NCBI GenBank assembly: GCA_002269645.1
Contig: NIVC01001581.1
Coordinates: forward strand, 186,001-250,000
Source of the DNA: Macrostomum lignano
Lineage: Eukaryota
DNA length: 64,000 nt
Direction of reading: 5' to 3'
Positions 1 through 11,623 of this stretch are shown here, piece by piece. The notes below the pieces were generated by a model, which was not told the origin of the DNA, made no database searches, and saw only the letters and a list, made by a program, of their open reading frames with translations. Each line of letters begins with the position of its first letter. Positions within the stretch are counted from its first letter, which is position 1. The position numbers and the translations under genes are program-made.

Positions 1-460
1 TTACATCATATGATCCTCGGAGAGACTATGACGGCAGTCAGGTACCAGAATTTCATCAATGATCTGGTGCAAAGCGTGACCAGTCGTGGTGTACCTGATG
101 GCGAGGAGTCTGCGTGATCATGGATGACGCCCGTTTTCATCATGGAGTGACAATCCCAGATCAATTTCAGCCCGCTTGGCGCCTGGTGACATTGCCTCCA
201 TACTCGCCATTCCTCAATCCTGTGGAGAACGCGCACGCCCTGCCTGAGGTCAGCCATCAAAAGCCAGCTGGCTCGACCAAAACTGCAAGAAGAGCTGGAC
301 ACTCCGCCTGCTGGTCATTCGCTACGAGAGTGGCGAATCCTTGTCCTACAGAGGGTTGCAGAGGACGCAACCCGTGAAGTGACCGTTGCAAAATGCGGAG
401 GCTGGTACCGGCAGATGCTGAGGTTTATTCCAGCCTGACTCGACGACGTCCGACGCTAAA
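1..460 (+). mobile_element. Degenerate Tc1/IS630-family transposase, C-terminal DDE region (truncated by window start)
   Basis: ORF 114-377 reads IMDDARFHH...LPPYSPFLNPVENA, matching the (M)DNAxxH and PPYSPDLNPIE motifs of DDE_3 transposases (33 residues between D and E here). Frameshifts lie near 115 and after NPVENA; a downstream frame reads VTVAKCGGWYRQMLRFIPA*. Confidence 0.85.
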
Positions 461-1067
461 GCTTTTATTTGTTTATTGTATAGTTCTGTTTTAGATTTTC
501 TCAATGATAAGTAAACGACTTGTGTTATGGCACTGGATATCTAACGTTATATGATTAAAATGACCAAATTGATGCCCCCAGGATTAAATTGAAATCCGCT
601 ATGCCAGCGAGTGTCGAGCATAGAGAGAAAATTTTCAGTCGATATCAGAGAAATAAATTTAACTTTTCTTATTTGCTAGTTAAAAAAATTGGTGCTAAAA
701 ATGTGATTCGGTGACTTATAGCTCGTATTAATGGCGGAGTTGTAAAAGAGCCTTTACGGTTGTGAGAGATTTAATTTAGACTGCTGAGAACAGCAGACAA
801 ACAACAATTTTTATCGGAAAAACTCCCGCATAGCCCATAGAAGAAATGGCAGCAAAAAAAACGTCTGTACACCATAGGGTGGTGGGAGAGGACGGTGAGG
901 GGCAGTGGCTGACTGAAGAAAGCAAAACAAGCCAGAAACCGGTCATATCAAGGGCTTTCACACAGTTACGAATCGTTCGTTACAGCAACGGGCCACAGCA
1001 AATTGTGCGCAGCAACCCAGACAACCTCATTTTCTAGCCAAAAAATAAGAATAAAAGCTTCTTATAT

Positions 1068-1645
<578 letters not shown>

Positions 1646-1678
1646 CAACAAAATTGAAATGCAGATGATTGCACAAAA

Positions 1679-4600
1679 ATGGAACAATTAAGAATACTTA
1701 TGCTATTTCCCAGGAGAATGTTACAACACCCAGTGTCCAGAGGTTTTCGATGCATCAACCGGCACAAGACATTCGTGCTACCTGCAATCTGTCTTCTGAT
1801 ATTTGGGCTGTACATTTGCATGCACATGCGCCACTTAATGATTGACATAGAAGACGATTCATCAAGTTTTTCTGAGCTGCGGTACCTCGATGATTCTCAG
1901 ATGACCGCTGCGGTAAAGGAGATGACAAGGTAAAACGTGTTAATAGCCATTTAGTGACGTGATAAAACAGAAGACTTTAGCAAACGCGTAAAGGGAAGCA
2001 CCATTATAAAAGTCGTTTAAAAGAATCAGTAGAAAATAATAGCCACGGATGTTATTGTGATGAGGACGCACTTTTTCCCAAATCACGCGCTTGCACATGG
2101 GCTCTAAACTTACTTGCCTACTAACAGTGGGCAGTGGGCATTTTTATCCTTTTTCTGCGAATTTTCATAGAATCTATACTAGATATAATGTCTGGCCATA
2201 GTAGTAGTCATAATAACATAGGCGCAGTTTTTTGGGTCATAAATCATCGCTTTCGAAGCTGATCTGACAGCCACCTGCGCCTCACTCAGTGTTGAAGCGG
2301 GCGCCAGATGGTCTGAGAGGATGCGGGCGGTAGCTTTTTTTCTCATCATTTTGACAGGCCATCAAGATTTATGAGGTCAGAGCCTATTGTTCGGATTCAC
2401 TCAAGCGTGTGACAGCTTTGACAGCTATGCGTTTTACCCCTAAAAGTACCTTGGGATTAGCGATTAGCGATTTCTCTTCATTATCTTCACTTTCTATTTA
2501 ATAAGAGCTTTCTAATGTATATTTTTTCATTAATTTCTGTCAATCCTACGCGAAAAGTCATAAATCATTTTGTTGCGATTTTGAGTGATTTATGGCCGCA
2601 CCTGTCATCTTTTTACGACCCTGTGGGAACTGATAGGATCTCTCGGTCACGTGATTCTGGGTAGCAACGAGCTTAGCCAATCAGAAAATTCGGCGCTCAT
2701 TTTAACAAAACGGCTCAGCCAATCAGAATCGACGTGTTCCGTTATAACAAACTGCGGTCCAGTTGGCGGCTATTTAAACCGGAGTTTTTGGCCCGCTCAG
2801 AGGCAACTTCTTCTTACTTTGGCTCGGGCCCAGCGCGCAACTTCTGGTTCCCGGAGCACGACCGTCGTTTCTTGATCCCCGGATTGCAACTTCCCCCATC
2901 ATCATCAAGGACGAGTCCCCCGATCGACAGCAGCGAACATCCAGTTAAGAGCATCACCTGCTAGCTAACAGCGAAGATTGTGACAGCATCATCCCGAGTC
3001 TACAGCTGCAGAGCATCGAGCCGATTCGGTCACTGTGGAATACCTGGTCTCCGGCTGTTGAGTTTCTGATTGGTTGGGTGAGAGGCTACCTAGACTTGCT
3101 TGATTGGGTGATCCCTTTTCTGTCCCCTGTTGCAGTAGCTGAATTAGGCGCACACTTTTGCTCATTTTGTTCAGTAGTGCTGTTGCTGAGGCAGGAATCA
3201 TTCAATAATACTGCTAGAAGTCTAAGACTCCAATTCAATCTAAAGTGTGAAGTGAACTAAGGAGAAGGTTAAATCTAACAGTTATCTTTGTCGGCTTTAT
3301 TTCTTTGTTCGCCGCTGGCTCAGATGAGTAGCTAAGCTAGTAGGCGCCGGTCACAGTGGACCAATGGCAAGGCAGTTCTCAGTCGACCAATCTAACAAAT
3401 CAGTGAGCAAAACTGCCAAAAGTGCAGAACCGGCGCCAGAGATGTACTTTGTGCGCACTCTAGGGTAGCCAAGCGGCTCGGGTAAATGAATCATGCGGTC
3501 TCTGAAGTTCGAGTTAGCCTATCATCAGCGCTATGAGAGGCTAGTTGGCGCGTTGAAGGCTAAAAGTACATATCTTCGTATTTAGCAATGTAATAGTACA
3601 TGTAGCTACCCCATAGACTCGCCACCGCAAGAATCCCCTGCACAAGTCCCCTCTGTACCTGCATGGCCAACGCGATCTAGTCCCAGCAGTGTCCCTTATC
3701 ATCGGCTATGACTTCGAGATTGACAGCAAAAAGACACTAGTTGGCAGGTAAGTGCAAAGCCCCTTCTAGTCGGAAGCCCGATTTCGAGAGTCCCGGTGTG
3801 GTGAGCCAGGGCGCACGGGCTGGTGGCAGCAAGTTAGTTGATCTGCGGATTAGCTAATTTCTACTTTCAAAATTCTCCCTGCTCGTCTCTCGCTGTCCCT
3901 CTCTTAGCTATAGGACCTAGACTGCTCGCCACACGATCAAGCTACCATGGGGCTGACCATCTGACAGGAGTGGGGGGCCAGGTCTCTAATTGATTTATTT
4001 CTGAGCCTGAGGCCCGAAGGCTTCCCTAACAAGGAGCCCGAAGGTCGAAACCCATCAATTGGCAAAATATAAAGAGTACCTTTCAGGCTGCTGGCTATAA
4101 ACTGGAAACTCATTCAATAAACGAATCAAGCAATAATTATTAACAATAGTTTATTACACCTGCACTAATGGGCAGATACGCAATCTACAGCTCAGCCGCA
4201 GCTATTGCGCGGCGAATCTGCAGGCTGCGTACGTCTGGACCATTCTTCACTTCACAGCTGGGTGAACTGAAGCAATGCAGAGTTGTGTCTTGCTTAAAAA
4301 CACAAATTGTTTCAGTGGGATCGGGAATTGAACCCCGACCTTCAAGTCGGTGAGTCCGATGCTCTAGTCCAGCCACTAGGCTACAACCCCTTAGATAGAA
4401 GGTACAAAACTAACCTGGAAAGATAAATCCAAGTTTTTGTAGACAGACAGTTTTGGGATAGTTTACAGATGATAAATTCCAAAAATCCTCAGTTAGTCGT
4501 TAGTAAACATTCAATTAAGATCCTATTCGCCCCATCCGGCAGGTTCGCCTGGCGCAATTACGTCAAATATTGCGCCCGTCCCTACACGGGCAACGACCTC

Positions 4601-5931
4601 GATCCCATCAAGCGGGCCTGCTCCCCGGTGCCCGACGTCCTTCTCGGACCTCGCCAGCTGGTGACAGCCGTGGACGCGCTTGACACTTTTGCTATTATGG
4701 AAATGCACGAGGAGTTCGAGGAGGCCCGCCAGATGGTGACGGGAGGTAAGCGAGCAGCCTTGTCGAACGTCACTGTGAGCGTGTTCGAGACCTGCATCCG
4801 ACTGCTCGGCGGCTACCTCGGTGCGTACAGCTTCACTCAGGACTCAAGATTGTTAGCTGAGGCGGTGGCAGTTGCTGACAGGCTGGCTGAGTCTTTCAGC
4901 GATACGAGATCTCTGAATCGCAATGACTTGGTGCTCTTAAAAAAAAACTCGCCACGACCAAATTCGACAGTCGATTTTGAAACAAAGCTGCTAGCAGCGA
5001 CTGGAACTTTGTACCTGGAGTTTGCCTATCTGTCCCATATAACTGGTGACAAGAAGTATGAGCAGTGGGTGACAAGGAACCATGAGCTCCTGATGAAGGC
5101 ACCGAATGTACAAGGACTGTACCCGATGGAGATGACCCCAGAAGGCATGCCTTTGACCCCGGATCCTGTTTACTCAGCCGGCGGTGGGGGTGACTCATTC
5201 TACGAGTACCTGGTCAAAAAGTGTCTGTACAGCAAGAACCCGGACCCGAAATGCACCAGAGACTATACAGCAGCTCTCGATAGCATCATGAAGTGCATGA
5301 CTGTACAAGTCAGTCCAGTGTCTGACCTCTTGTGCGTCGTCAACGTTAAGAAGCCTTGCTACGCAAAGCAGCAGCTCAACGCGACTTGCACTATGGAGCA
5401 CCTGACCTGCTTCTTGGCGGCACCTACGCGCTCGCCTACATGATGAACCCGCATCGCACTGACTGGCTTAGATTTGCAGAGAGAATCACTCACACATGCT
5501 ATCTGTCGTATTTCCATTCTCCAATCGGCTTGGGTCCGGAGATTTTCAAGTACAATGCCACGTCGAGAAAGTTCGAAGCCGATCCGGACAGGGACTTCTA
5601 CATATTGAGACCGGAGACTATCGAGTCCATCTACTACCTGCACTACGTCACTGGGCACAAAAAGTACCGATATTGGGGAAAGAAAATCCTGCTTGCCATC
5701 AACGCCAGCACGAGAACTCCAACCGGCTTCAGCGGTGTCCACAAAATCCTGTCGAACAAAACGATCTTCGACAACACGCAACAGTCGTTCTTCCTGGCCG
5801 AGACGCTCAAGTACTTGTACCTGCTGTTTCAGCCGAATAGTCGATTATCATTGGACCAGTGGGTGCTGAGCACGGAGGCCCACCTGTTTCCTACCGGTAT
5901 AAACCCGCTGCGAAGCCGGATGCACGGATAG
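1679..5931 (+). CDS. Class I alpha-1,2-mannosidase (GH47), copy 1; exons 1679-1929 and 4543-5931; 1-nt frameshift at about 5416
   Basis: Exon 1 encodes a type II membrane anchor (FVLPAICLLIFGLYICM) and ends ...MT AG|gt; the acceptor ccggcag|G gives MTRFAWRNY. GH47 motifs VFETCIR, GDSFYEYL, MEHLTCF, LRPETIES, QSFFLAETLKYLYLLF and STEAH are present. TTCTTGGCGG lacks one G relative to copy 2 (TTCTTGGGCGG). Confidence 0.9.
4135..4390 (-). mobile_element. tRNA-derived SINE with CORE-like central domain, in mannosidase intron 1
   Basis: The minus strand begins GGGGTTG TAGCCTAGTGG (A box)...GGTTCAATTCC (B box). It continues TGTGTTTTTAAGCAAGACACAACTCTGCATTGCTTCAGTTCACCCAGCTGTGAAG, which resembles the CORE consensus, and ends in an AATAAA/AT-rich tail. 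Confidence 0.75.
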
Positions 5932-8134
5932 ATCTGCTGCATGTTGCTTGATCGATGCTGAATCTGATTGGTGATGGAACAATGATGCTTGCTTAACTTC
6001 GACGTGCTATACTTAATATAGCAATTTAATTTTTATTGGTGATTTATAAGAAAAATTCGTATGATTACTGTAATTAAAAAAAGGAAGTGAAGGTTTTTTA
6101 TTGAAAGGAAAATTTACCTCTTTAAATGAAACTAGATGCAACTTCTTTTCACATTAGATCGTTCAGCGAACTAAAGGAGTTCGTTTCAAAAACGCTCTTC
6201 TTTTCAATTTTGTTGTGTTCTGGGACACCTTAGGACGGCAATTAGGTGGGACGGTAACCCCTACCACGAACCCCAAACGAAAACCCGAATTTTTTGACAC
6301 TGAAAAGGTCAATTATTTTGATCAATAAATACGTGGTTTGAATAAAATATAGCGTTTTTTGATTTTACTCTGTTGGGAAACATTTTGTGCGCTGTATGCT
6401 CAAATATAAAGGAAAAATACACAGCTTTATTTTTCTTTATAAATGCAAATAAAGACACAATTCCAAACCTTCAGGAAAATTTAATGCGATTGTTAGACTC
6501 CCTGGGTGAGAAAGCGCTGGCGCTACTGATTCCTGGAAAAAATTGTTGGCCTTAGGTAATGATCTTTTCCTAATATCTCTCATGGAATAAAAAGTAAATA
6601 CAGAGTCATAAAGCGCTTTTGACGAGTGAAAACTTTTAGTCCATTTAAGTCACATCTCGGCAGGCAGACAGAAAAAGCGCGGCAAACCGACGAAAAAACA
6701 CCTCAAACTTTATTCTGCTTTTCCCATACATTCAGCTTTCCCATTCAATGCGATACACATCATACTGTGAGGATTTAATGTAAATTAAAGAAAGGGAAAG
6801 AGATAGGCGGTGGTTCTCATTATATCTGGTTAAAAGCTGACAGCGGAGTGAGAAGTAAGGAGAAGTAAGGAAGTAAAGATTATCCGCTGTGGGCACCGTA
6901 TATTTATAGCCATCAGGAGCATCGCCGGAAACTTCTAGAAAATTCTAAGTATTATAACAAAACAAATATTAATTATTGATTCCTATTAGTTTTGCATTAA
7001 TTGTAGTACTGCTTTACTGTAATAAATTATACATTGAATAATTATAACTGCGAGTATTGAAATTAGTTACTGTGAGAGAAATTTCTAGAAATTAAATAAT
7101 TCAAATGCATCGAACTTTCGCGAAGGTCACTACAATACACTTGTCGGCCCAGCTGACCCAGGAAGCCAGGAGACAAATAAATTATTTATGAATTACATAC
7201 TTATTTATGATTGAAGCATGCAGCTCAAACCGCGTTTTAAAATAATTCCAGATGACTTCCAAAACATCAACATTAACGACTTTCTGATCGTTGTTTTCCA
7301 AAATGTCTGCATGCATCTGTGATACTATTTGCTATTTGTATTTCTAACACGATGTACTCGTAATGTACAACTTAAGTATATCTGAAGCTCGCAGTAAGTT
7401 GTTCGCAATGTGTATTGCATAGAGTCAAACGTATTTTTGCATGGCGTCTACACTACATCTACGAATAATCCCTATTATACGTTCAACAAGAGCGACTCAC
7501 TGCTTGACAAGCCATTAAGCACAGTATTGTCAAATATATTTTTTAATGCTTTTCGGCGAAACGCGCAATTTGGCGGAATAAGAGGTGATTAATAAGTAGC
7601 TTCGTGTATGAATGCTTCAGAGACAACGTTCACACCAGCCATGAGTGTGACGTTCATTTTTCGCACATTTAACATACAGTACTATTCGATGTCTCAGAGG
7701 TTTTTGAGTGGTCATTGTCTCGATTCCCGTGTCTGTCAACTTATCAGGTGTTTGAAAATCACTTGGGCGACTCTTATTCTGTGTCTGTACCTTGAATTTA
7801 CGGCACATACCCATAGCTCGTTTAGATTTCCATGCAAATCAAAAATGTCATTAGCGGTTACATGTATAGTTTGTTTTTTGTTACAAGCTCCAGGGCCTTA
7901 CAGGTCCACAGCAAGGACCACTATAAGCTGCATCTTAAACACTAAATTGACGACTTCTTGCCTTCTGCCATTGGGACAATACAACGATCACATGAAGCTG
8001 ACACCGAACCAAACCATTGTGCTTGGTTCGAGGTGGCTAATTCAGAAGTTTACAATTTCGAAATTGGACCAAAATCACTTCTGTCTAATCTCTAGTGCAT
8101 TTTTTGTCTGGTTTTTTATTCTACCTTAGGTAAT

Positions 8135-9000
8135 TATTATCATTATTGTTGTTATATACAAGTAACCATGAGAGTGGTCAAAAACCAATAGAAGGAATGG
8201 TGCCCAATGGTCGAAGAGGTGAAGGGGAAAGGAAGTGAAAAAAGATAAAGGAAGAGGATGGGAGAACAAAACTAAGGAAAAGAGAAGCATAAAAAACTGA
8301 TCAAGGGGGTCTTTGAGATGCCTGGCTTTTGAAAAATAGACGGCTTGATGCCAGGATTAGCTAATGCTGCAGGTAGGCCATTCCATAATATACAGTAAGT
8401 GGAAATGAAACACCTCTTCTGTTGCTCTGAGAAAAGAAGATTAAATTAAAAGCAGTACTGTTTGCTGTTGGAACAGAGACCATGGTGTGACTCGAGCAAA
8501 ATGAGGGAGGAGCTGCTGAAGCTCACTGGAGCCTTGACCCCGCAGAAGTCTGTGAACAAATGCAAGTCCACCAACAGTTCTGCGAGTCCCAAAGGCTATA
8601 CGGAACCTTGAAGGAGTCACCAATGATCCTGGCAGCCTTCTGCTTGACACGGTCCAGTAAGGTAAGATGGCAGATCCCCATAAAATCGAACAGTAGCTAT
8701 TCAAGGCACAAATGCACTCATGGTTTTTGTGGTACGCGGCCTATTTAATGCAGTGCATTTTGCAAAAGGATCCGTTTCTGTGAAGTTTCTATCTTGCTAT
8801 TGCACTGCCAACCGAAATTGAGCCTTTAAATTATATTTTTCCATAGAATCCGAGTTTTACATTCTGATGCAAACCTGTGGTCCTGGTTCCAAAGTCAATG
8901 GGAAGACAGTTTTGACTGCTCCATCAACTCAGTCGTAAGTCATTGACATATGCAGTAGTGCTGTTCTTGTCAGAAATCGGCTTATAGACCCGCTAGATAG
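8135..9000 (-). mobile_element. 5'-truncated, degenerate LINE (L2/CR1 group) ORF2 C-terminus plus 3' UTR
   Basis: Minus-strand frames give NSYCSILWGSA, AFGTRRTVGGLAFVHRLLRG..S.ELQQLLP and CFISTYCILWNGLPA. These match the EYC..IW, RR....L..F..L and SFF.R...LWN.LP motifs of LINE ORF2 C-termini. Stops and frameshifts are present, followed by a pyrimidine-rich UTR and an (AAT)-like tail. Confidence 0.75.
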
Positions 9001-9732
9001 GTCGACAACCTAAAAGTGTACCAACCCACAATTTAATGATATTTATCACATTTACATATAAATATATGCTGTACCACACAATGCAATGGTCGTAAAATCT
9101 AAACTAGTTCCTTTGGCGCACGGAGAGCATTGTTTGGAGACGAAATGTTTTGGAGTGGGCTCCATATTCGTGACTGTCTTTTCTTTGCTATTCATATTCT
9201 GAAATGGACTCCATAGCAGTCTAGCTATAAGCGTGTATGAAACTACTTTTTATCTCATAGAAATGGATTTTAGTAAGTGGATGAAAGCTTTGGCCAAATA
9301 AATTTACTCTCCCTTTGTGGTTGGCGTGCGCGTTGGTTGGACATGCATATTTAACCCACGTTATACATTCCTGCCACAATTACGAACGCTATGCCCTACG
9401 ATTATACGAAGGTGTACAATCCTGCTTCAAAGAAAGGCTTCGGACTCCACAGCGCAGCTCAATGCAACCGAGTAGGAATGCGAAAAAGCAAGTCTAAGAA
9501 ATTTTCTTTTCAACAGAAACGAATAAGTGAGCTAGAATTGCTTCTCCTGGGACTGCGAACTTTAGCTAGCCGTCTTCTCAAATTAGGCTGAAGCGTTAGG
9601 TAACTAAACGAACTGTATCACGTCACGAGGCTGCATGTAAGTGTCATACTGTTCTGTGCCCATAAAAAGGAGGCAAAATTCTATGCACTAAAGTGTGCCG
9701 CAGCACATGCAGGTGTATTTCTGTGCAAAAGC

Positions 9733-11623
9733 ATGAGTTCGGATGCAATTCAAGACCGCTATTACTATTTGTTACCTTCCAGAACAATGCTTCAACAGCC
9801 AACGTCCAGAGGTTACCCATATTTATTTCGTCACACAAAAATCGTGTTACCTACGATATGCCTTCTGATCCTCATGCCATACCTGTACATGCATCAACGC
9901 TACATGATAATTGATATTGGCCCACTGATCCCAGACGATGCCGCGACCGATTTAAAGCTGATCGACATCAATGAAGCTGAGATGACTGTGGCAGTGAAGG
10001 AAATGACCAGGTATTTAAACTGAAACAGCTAATTTTCTAATATTCTGATGATGAACTGAATTAAAGTTTAAATTTCCAGCTTTGAAATCCGGCTGTAATC
10101 AAAATGATTAATTCTATCATGTAAATCTTACAGTAGATCATGTGTAATTTATACCGATTATTTCTACAAGTTGCTTTGAGAACTAATAGCTAAGATTCAG
10201 TTTCTAGCCCAGCGGTCCTGTCGAATGCAGGTTCGCCTGGCGCAATTACGTCAAATATTGCGCCCGTCCCTACACGGGCAACGACCTCGATCCCATCAAG
10301 CGGGCCTGCTCCCCGGTGCCCGACGTCCTTCTCGGACCTCGCCAGCTGGTGACAGCCGTGGACGCGCTTGACACTTTTGCTATTATGGAAATGCACGAGG
10401 AGTTCGAGGAGGCCCGCCAGATGGTGACGGGAGGTAAGCGAGCAGCCTTGTCGAACGTCACTGTGAGCGTGTTCGAGACCTGCATCCGACTGCTCGGCGG
10501 CTACCTCGGTGCGTACAGCTTCACTCAAGACTCAAGATTGTTAGCTGAGGCGGTGGCAGTTGCTGACAGGCTGGCTGAGTCTTTCAGCAAACCGGATTCT
10601 TTGAATCGTAATCGTTTGTTGCTTTGGAAAAAAGACCTTCCGAGGCCAAGAAATTTGACTGTCGATAAAGAAGGGACTTTGCTGGCTGATTCAGGAACGT
10701 TGTACCTGGAGTTCGTCTATCTGTCCCATATAACTGGTGACAAGAAGTATGAGCAGTGGGTGACAAGGAACCATGAGCTCCTGATAAAGGCACCGAATGT
10801 ACAAGGACTGTACCCGATGGAGATGACCCCAAAAGGCATGCCTTTGACCCCGGATCCTGTTTACTCAGCCGGCGGTGGGGGTGACTCATTCTACGAGTAC
10901 CTGGTCAAAAAGTGTCTGTACAGCAAGAACCCGGACCCGAAATGCACCAGAGACTATACAGCAGCTCTCGATAGCATCATGAAGTGCATGACTGTACAAG
11001 TCAGTCCAGTGTCTGACCTCTTGTGCGTCGTCAACGTTAAGAAGCCTTGCTACGCAAAGCAGCAGCTCAACGCGACTTGCACTATGGAGCACCTGACCTG
11101 CTTCTTGGGCGGCACCTACGCGCTCGCCTACATGATGAACCCGCATCGCACTGACTGGCTTAGATTTGCAGAGAGAATCACTCACACATGCTATCTGTCG
11201 TATTTCCATTCTCCAATCGGCTTGGGTCCGGAGATTTTCAAGTACAATGCCACGTCGAGAAAGTTCGAAGCCGATCCGGACAGGGACTTCTACATATTGA
11301 GACCGGAGACTATCGAGTCCATCTACTACCTGCACTACGTCACTGGGCACAAAAAGTACCGATATTGGGGAAAGAAAATCCTGCTTGCCATCAACGCCAG
11401 CACGAGAACTCCAACCGGCTTCAGCGGTGTCCACAAAATCCTGTCGAACAAAACGATCTTCGACAACACGCAACAGTCGTTCTTCCTGGCCGAGACGCTC
11501 AAGTACTTGTACCTGCTGTTTCAGCCGAATAGTCGATTATCATTGGACCAGTGGGTGCTGAGCACGGAGGCCCACCTGTTTCCTACCGGTATAAACCCGC
11601 TGCGAAGCCGGATGCACGGATAG
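9733..11623 (+). CDS. Class I alpha-1,2-mannosidase (GH47), copy 2, intact; exons 9733-10010 and 10231-11623
   Basis: Exon 1 encodes the TM anchor IVLPTICLLILMPYLYM and ends ...MT AG|gtattt; the acceptor is aatgcag|G. The 220-nt intron sits at the same position as in copy 1, and all GH47 motifs are in one frame. Confidence 0.93.

Noticed and set aside
846-1037. 63-aa ORF MAAKKTSVHH... upstream of the GATA array
   Set aside because: No recognisable domain or splice partner, and it is too short to support.
2130-3960. Possible nested gene or transposon in mannosidase intron 1
   Set aside because: Short ORFs have no recognisable motifs and I found no paired termini. It is probably repeat-derived but unassignable without a search.
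4315-4390. Functional tRNA gene
   Set aside because: The anticodon and T arms do not fold canonically, and the sequence continues into a SINE body.
10190-11532. Antisense and alternate-frame ORFs over the mannosidase, PHM and Ig exons
   Set aside because: These are expected shadows of GC-rich coding sequence and carry no independent motifs.
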